DNA of 19,318 nucleotides from an uncultured Oligoflexus sp. (GTDB lineage Bacteria; Bdellovibrionota_B; Oligoflexia; Oligoflexales; Oligoflexaceae): NCBI GenBank assembly GCA_964236955.1, contig CAXSGP010000091.1, positions 1 to 19,318 of the forward strand, read 5' to 3'. Shown piece by piece: positions 15,033 to 19,318 of this stretch (position 1 is its first letter; each line of letters starts with the position of its first letter). The notes under the pieces were generated by a model. It saw only the letters and a program-made list of their open reading frames with translations, ran no database searches and was not told where the DNA came from. The position numbers and the translations under genes were made by a program.

Positions 15033-16172
15033 TTATTCCATGGCATCGATAGGCATGAGCCAGAGTTCCCCCGAAAGGCGTTGACCCTGGCCTGGGATAT
15101 TCGTCAAGCCTCCAAAGATATAAAGGTCCTCCTCCGTTGACCCCATACAGTGAGCGATGCGCGGGGAAGGCGTTGAGGGGAGCACGACTTCTTTCCAGCG
15201 GCGGTGGTCAAGTTCGAGGAGATAGGCCTTAGTCACGGCGTCGCCTTGAATGGTCCGGCCCCCCCAAAGCAAAATGCCTTTGTCTTTGAGCATTGTGATT
15301 TCAAAATCCTTGCGATTGGTGTCGGGGAGGGCTGGAATGTAAGCCCAAGCTTTATAAGCATGATCGTAATAGGCGCCATCGGTTTGTGGGCCCTGATCAC
15401 TGACTCCACCAATGATCCAGGCTTTTTCTCCCTCCGACACGGCCTTGGCATTGGCTCTGGCGTTGAGAAAGGGGATCGGGGGAAGTGGCTTGACATCCCC
15501 ATTGGCCGGATCAAGGAGAAAGCCTTCCTTGCTTCTTTTCTGGTCTTCAAATCCGCCCCATATCATGGCCTTCGAACCCAGTCTTACGGCGATATGAGAG
15601 CTGCGTTCAGCGGTGTTGTTTGCGTAGACCTTCCAGCTTCGGGTTTCGAGGTTTAAAACGCCCCAGTTATTTTTATGTTCCGAGCTGCGCCCTCCAAATA
15701 CGATCAACCAGGGATCGATGGCGATAAGACTGGCACTGGATCGCGGCTTGAGGCGGTCGGACACAGGAAGTCTTTCCCACCTATCCTTATCAGAATGGTA
15801 GACAAAGAGATCCCGCGTGTCGATCGCCCTCGGCTCTTTGCCTCCGAAGACATAGATATCGTCTTTAACTATTGCTCCTGCGAAATAATTTTTGGGATTA
15901 GGACCCTCGGCTACGGTCCACGACTTCCAGGTCTTTGTCGCCAGGGAGTAAGTTATGCCGCCACTGTTGAAGGTGGAAAGCTGTTCGTTGGCATGGTAGC
16001 CACCGAGGAGATGGATATGGTTCCCGTAAGCAAAGCAGTGAGGGTAACTCGTTGGACCATAACTATCGGGCACCGGTATCCCTTGGCCTTTTCTTTCCTC
16101 AGGCGGGCTAAGGCACGAGACATGAGCGAGGAGCGGAAGAATGAGGAAGGATGAAAAACGACGCTTTGCCAT
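15033..16172 (-). CDS. Kelch-repeat beta-propeller protein, probably exported or a lipoprotein
   Basis: About six repeats with hydrophobic-GG...(Y/L)...W spacing (HLLGG, YVFGG, IVFGG, MIWGG, WIIGG, LLWGG, plus a terminal YIFGG). Basic then hydrophobic N-terminus ending HVSC, an imperfect lipobox. Confidence 0.85.
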   Translation of the reverse strand: MAKRRFSSFLILPLLAHVSCLSPPEERKGQGIPVPDSYGPTSYPHCFAYGNHIHLLGGYHANEQLSTFNSGGITYSLATKTWKSWTVAEGPNPKNYFAGAIVKDDIYVFGGKEPRAIDTRDLFVYHSDKDRWERLPVSDRLKPRSSASLIAIDPWLIVFGGRSSEHKNNWGVLNLETRSWKVYANNTAERSSHIAVRLGSKAMIWGGFEDQKRSKEGFLLDPANGDVKPLPPIPFLNARANAKAVSEGEKAWIIGGVSDQGPQTDGAYYDHAYKAWAYIPALPDTNRKDFEITMLKDKGILLWGGRTIQGDAVTKAYLLELDHRRWKEVVLPSTPSPRIAHCMGSTEEDLYIFGGLTNIPGQGQRLSGELWLMPIDAME

Positions 16173-16302
16173 GGGGGATCCTTGTCGCGATTATTGGCTA
16201 AGCTATCACGGGAGCCCGGGCAGAAGGTGAAGTTTTTAATTTCATGGGGGTCGGCGGCTCAGGGCCGTATGGGAGGTTTGACTTCATTTTGAATCTCTAT
16301 AA

Positions 16303-16321
16303 ATCGCCTCCTCGCGGCGAT
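16303..16321 (-). terminator. Possible weak terminator after the CheX-like gene
   Basis: ATCGCC/GGCGAT inverted repeat with a 7-nt loop. Only a short T-rich tail on the minus strand. Confidence 0.3.
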
Positions 16322-16380
16322 GAAGAAGATTGAAAAGATGCGAGCAGCGATCCTTCAGGTGATTTCTCCGCTGCCGGGCC

Positions 16381-17409
16381 TTAGGCCACCCGGGACGATT
16401 TACTCATATACATATTATAGGTGGGAATCGATGTGCGAATCCAATCCCCGTCGCGTTGAAAGAGCATTGCCACGCCTTCCACTTCAAACGTGGCTGTCCC
16501 CTTTTCCAGCAAAGTCCGCGGGCATATCGAATATTCAAGGCCGGTGTTGAAGTGTAGTATGAGCTTATCGATTTGAGTCCAGGAAAGGCTGGTGAGCAAA
16601 GGCGTGTGCAGCTGCGAATGAAAGAGTATGCGGATAGGTCTCTGACTGGATTTAGCCTGAATTTCTTTTTCCGCTTCGGTGGTCCTGATGAGATTGCCGC
16701 AGTTTGCCTGCATTGGGTCCGCCTGTTGAATCGCGCTGTAATGTTCGCTTTCGAGTTCGCCTTCCGCGTCACCGAAATTGTCCTCACCGCTTTCGTCTTC
16801 GCTGTCTTTATCGCGGTCGGTACCCGACCTGATTTTGGCAATGATGTCGTAAGTCGCTTTGCTGTTGGCGGGATCGTTTAAGCGGTAGATGGCATCCCCT
16901 GGAAGAATTTCCGCGCTCTGTTTGGTGGCTTCGCCGATTTCCGGAATAGTGCCTTCGATGCTACAGTCAAAGCCGATAAACCCACCTGCGCCTTGCAACC
17001 AAACCGCTGGCGCCTGGACTGTCTTGGCCGTTTGCCAGTCACCATCAAAGGATGGGGCAGAGATTTTAATGGTGACGTCATGGGCTAAGAGGCGATTTTT
17101 AAGGCGGCCCAGTATGAGATTGCCGAGTTCCCCCAGCCAATCTTTGATGACAGCCTGGGAATGATCCACGGGGCCGCGGGGCAGGGGACAGGTGGTTTGC
17201 AAAAAAGGTCGCGAGCAGGAAATAAAAGCCTGAGCTTTCATGCCGGCGCCTTCAAAGCAAAGTCTGGTTTTTAAAAGTTCAGCGGATTGAGGAGGGGCCG
17301 TAAGTCGATCGAGCGAGAAATCAGCAAGGCTCTTGACCAAAGCTTCATTCATAAAGGTTTCAAAATTTTTTAAAGCTGAACTCACAATCCGCCTCGATTC
17401 CAGGTGCAT
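16381..17409 (-). CDS. CheX-like chemotaxis phosphatase domain protein with a long C-terminal extension
   Basis: DWLGELGNLILGRLKNRL...IKISAPS matches the CheC/CheX D-x-x-x-E-x-x-N...P signature. It is followed by an acidic linker and an unrecognised C-terminal domain. Start uncertain (17409 or 17352). Confidence 0.75.
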   Translation of the reverse strand: MHLESRRIVSSALKNFETFMNEALVKSLADFSLDRLTAPPQSAELLKTRLCFEGAGMKAQAFISCSRPFLQTTCPLPRGPVDHSQAVIKDWLGELGNLILGRLKNRLLAHDVTIKISAPSFDGDWQTAKTVQAPAVWLQGAGGFIGFDCSIEGTIPEIGEATKQSAEILPGDAIYRLNDPANSKATYDIIAKIRSGTDRDKDSEDESGEDNFGDAEGELESEHYSAIQQADPMQANCGNLIRTTEAEKEIQAKSSQRPIRILFHSQLHTPLLTSLSWTQIDKLILHFNTGLEYSICPRTLLEKGTATFEVEGVAMLFQRDGDWIRTSIPTYNMYMSKSSRVA

Positions 17410-17475
17410 CGCCCTGCGCGAGGGATCGGAGGAGAGCGGGGAATATTAAATTTGTCTTGGATAAATAATAAAAAA

Positions 17476-17489
17476 TTGATCGATATCAA
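17476..17489. promoter_or_regulatory. FNR/CRP-family (FNR/ANR/FixK/DNR-type) binding box
   Basis: Exact TTGAT-CGAT-ATCAA with an A-rich flank, in the intergenic region upstream of the CheX-like gene. Confidence 0.65.
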
Positions 17490-17555
17490 TCAGTTGCCTT
17501 GATCGTTTGGGCCCGCAGGTGAGGCCAGGGCAGGGGGGCCAGGGCCTCAACGATA

Positions 17556-18155
17556 TTAATTGGCGCGAATAAAGGAGATGGTGTCGCCATGAGGATTGGT
17601 CGCGATCGCGGCGTGAGTTGAGATTGCATAGAAGTGCTCGTAACGGACGCCATTGACCACGACCGGAACATCTTGGGGGCTATCGATAGCAATCACGTCG
17701 AATTCAGCAGCAGGAAGGACGATCCTGTCAACAAACTCAAAAGCCTTGCAACTATAATCCGAACGGTCCGTATCGGTCTTGATCGCTGCGATAGCTTCGC
17801 TCTGACCTTGCTCAAAGATCACGCCGTAGGAATCGAGATAGTCGGGATTCGAGGTGAAAGTTCCGGCGATCACGACGATATCATAGTTTTTGCCTTCGAA
17901 GGTCAGCTGATTGCTGCGGGCATTGTGGTTTGGAACATTGCTGTTCCAAATCCTGTCAAAGGCCTCTAATTGGGCGCTCGCCACGCTGCTGCTGTCCGAG
18001 TGATCCACATCGTGTGCTTTGGTTACCGCTTGATTCCAAAGAGCCAGCATTCGCCCTTTGCTTGGGCATTGAAAACGAGTCGAAGCCATGGCAGGAGCCG
18101 CTAGAGTCAAGAGAAGCACAGAGGCAGCTAGAGACGTATTTGCAAAGCTTTTCAT
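17556..18155 (-). CDS. Secreted hypothetical protein (199 aa)
   Basis: GGAG RBS before ATG 18155 and a classic signal peptide MKSFANTSLAASVLLLTLAAPAMA. No family recognised. Confidence 0.75.
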   Translation of the reverse strand: MKSFANTSLAASVLLLTLAAPAMASTRFQCPSKGRMLALWNQAVTKAHDVDHSDSSSVASAQLEAFDRIWNSNVPNHNARSNQLTFEGKNYDIVVIAGTFTSNPDYLDSYGVIFEQGQSEAIAAIKTDTDRSDYSCKAFEFVDRIVLPAAEFDVIAIDSPQDVPVVVNGVRYEHFYAISTHAAIATNPHGDTISFIRAN

Positions 18156-18301
18156 AGGATCTCCCTGGTTTTTATTTCTCACCGGGGAATACACCTCCCA
18201 AAATGTCATTGCAAGCGTTTTGCTGTTGGTTTTGGCGTTTATGTGCGCGTTTCATTGGCTAAGTGGCCAAGTTTTTGGAAAGCATTGCTTTAACTCCCTT
18301 T

Positions 18302-18324
18302 TAACTCGCGCTTTGCGCGAGTTA
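18302..18324. repeat. Perfect 10-bp inverted repeat
   Basis: TAACTCGCGC-TTT-GCGCGAGTTA. No U-tract follows on either strand. Confidence 0.8.
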
Positions 18325-18536
18325 GTAGGTAAATGGCCAAGTGGTCCGCTGTTCAAGAGGCTTGTCTTTGGACAAGTTGTCCCTAGTCAATTTATTTTGA
18401 GCAATGTTTTCCATGTATCAAGCTGTAAAGGAACTCTTTAACCTTGTCATTGTCTGAAGAGCTTCCTTAATCTCTGTATAGCTTGTGGTTACCCACACAG
18501 ACGCTCTTCTAAACACTGGATGTCTAAACAAACGAA

Positions 18537-19318
18537 TCAAGCCGACTGAATCGAGTCAACCGTTGCCAGCGAGTCGAGGGCATGGCCCGGAGTCCGTGAC
18601 TCCGTGACGAGTTCCTGAAGCTGGAAGCTGACAAGAGATTTTGGAACCCAAAAGATCGTTGCCAGTTCCGCTATAACGTTTTTTCGGCTATCCATTTTCG
18701 ACAACTCTTGGAGGAGGAGGCCTCTGGGCAGGAGAAGGTTGGCAACAAAGACCTGCTGCTCATAGATGGATAGGCCAGGGGTTTGCGGGCCAAACTCCGG
18801 GAAACGCTCCCGTTCGCCTTCGAAGATGATACGCGAAAGGTCTTTGACCATCGACATACGGGTCTGAGCCTTAAGCTCGCCCTTTTTATATTGAATGCAG
18901 TATTGTCCAGCTTTGACCCTGAGGATACGACTGAGCTTGTCGAGCATCTCAACCGGTTGCGTTGTGATGAAGGCAAAGCTGCGCATAACTTCCGGGAGAT
19001 ACAAGGGAGGCGTTTGAAAGTCAGCTTCCTGTTGAATCTGCTGAACGAATTCAAGTACGCGTTCGCGAATCTCTTGAATTTTATCGGGCGTCGCATTCTG
19101 CGATTGACCCTTCAAGGCGCGATAGGAACGAGCCTCCTGATACTCGAAGAACGCTTCGTCGAGGTCAGCTGATCCGCTGGTGATATCGTGGATCAGAGAT
19201 GTTTCGACACTCAGAGCTTCTGCCAGCTTAGCCAGAGCAAAGACTGATCGAACATTCTTTTCTCCTCTTTTCCAGTGGCTGCAATCTGATGGATTGAAAT
19301 TCAGGATCGAACCAACTT
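18537..19318 (-). CDS. XRE/Cro-like HTH protein fused to a degenerate ImmA/IrrE-like domain (5' partial)
   Basis: The frame of ORF 18537..19115 stays open to the window edge: VGSILNFNPSDCSHWKRGEKNVRSVFALAKLAEALSVETSLI, an HTH-like helix pattern. The C-terminal part has PPLYLPEV, TRMSMVKDLSRII and VFVANLLLPR...ELATIFWVPK, resembling the ImmA/IrrE fold without HExxH. Confidence 0.7.
   Translation of the reverse strand, partial: VGSILNFNPSDCSHWKRGEKNVRSVFALAKLAEALSVETSLIHDITSGSADLDEAFFEYQEARSYRALKGQSQNATPDKIQEIRERVLEFVQQIQQEADFQTPPLYLPEVMRSFAFITTQPVEMLDKLSRILRVKAGQYCIQYKKGELKAQTRMSMVKDLSRIIFEGERERFPEFGPQTPGLSIYEQQVFVANLLLPRGLLLQELSKMDSRKNVIAELATIFWVPKSLVSFQLQELVTESRTPGHALDSLATVDSIQSA

Noticed and set aside
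17509..17548. G-rich CAGGG repeats, a possible G-quadruplex
   Set aside because: Short and irregular, and equally explained as a GC-rich hairpin after the gene end. No supporting evidence.
18088..18441. 117-aa plus-strand ORF and other short overlapping ORFs in the track
   Set aside because: They overlap better-supported genes or regulatory DNA and show no convincing RBS or protein motifs.
18537..19318. Prophage or ICE boundary suggested by the XRE-ImmA-like gene
   Set aside because: No integrase, att-like repeat, tRNA or phage gene is visible in the window. Sequence beyond the edge cannot be assessed.
1..19318. CRISPR arrays, IS elements, rRNA or tRNA genes
   Set aside because: No regularly spaced repeats, transposase motifs or structural RNA signatures were seen on manual reading.

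Overview
Bacterial chromosomal window made up mostly of housekeeping genes. Gene content suggests a Bdellovibrionota/Oligoflexia-like or other deltaproteobacterial lineage; this is inference only. In order: a ccsA/hemX-like - hemA - hemC operon (-), lpdA plus a 2-oxoacid dehydrogenase E2 (-), a small hypothetical gene (+), engB (-), mutL-miaA (+), a secreted Cys-rich-repeat/NLP(NPP1)-Vps62-like fusion (-), an isolated cobU (-), tyrS (+), a secreted SH3b protein (+). It ends in a minus-strand accessory run: a partial HTH + degenerate ImmA/IrrE-like regulator, a secreted hypothetical protein, an extended CheX-like protein and a Kelch-repeat protein. I see no rRNA, tRNA, CRISPR array or mobile element. 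Most notable: (1) mutL carries a single in-frame TGA inside its ATPase domain, which could be a mutator allele, compensating indels or sequencing error, or readthrough; (2) the secreted three-repeat + NLP-like protein is a candidate toxin/adhesin; (3) a perfect FNR-type box lies upstream of the long CheX-like gene; (4) the IrrE-like domain and CobU both appear to lack key catalytic His residues. I cannot demonstrate a complete novel multi-gene system from the sequence alone.
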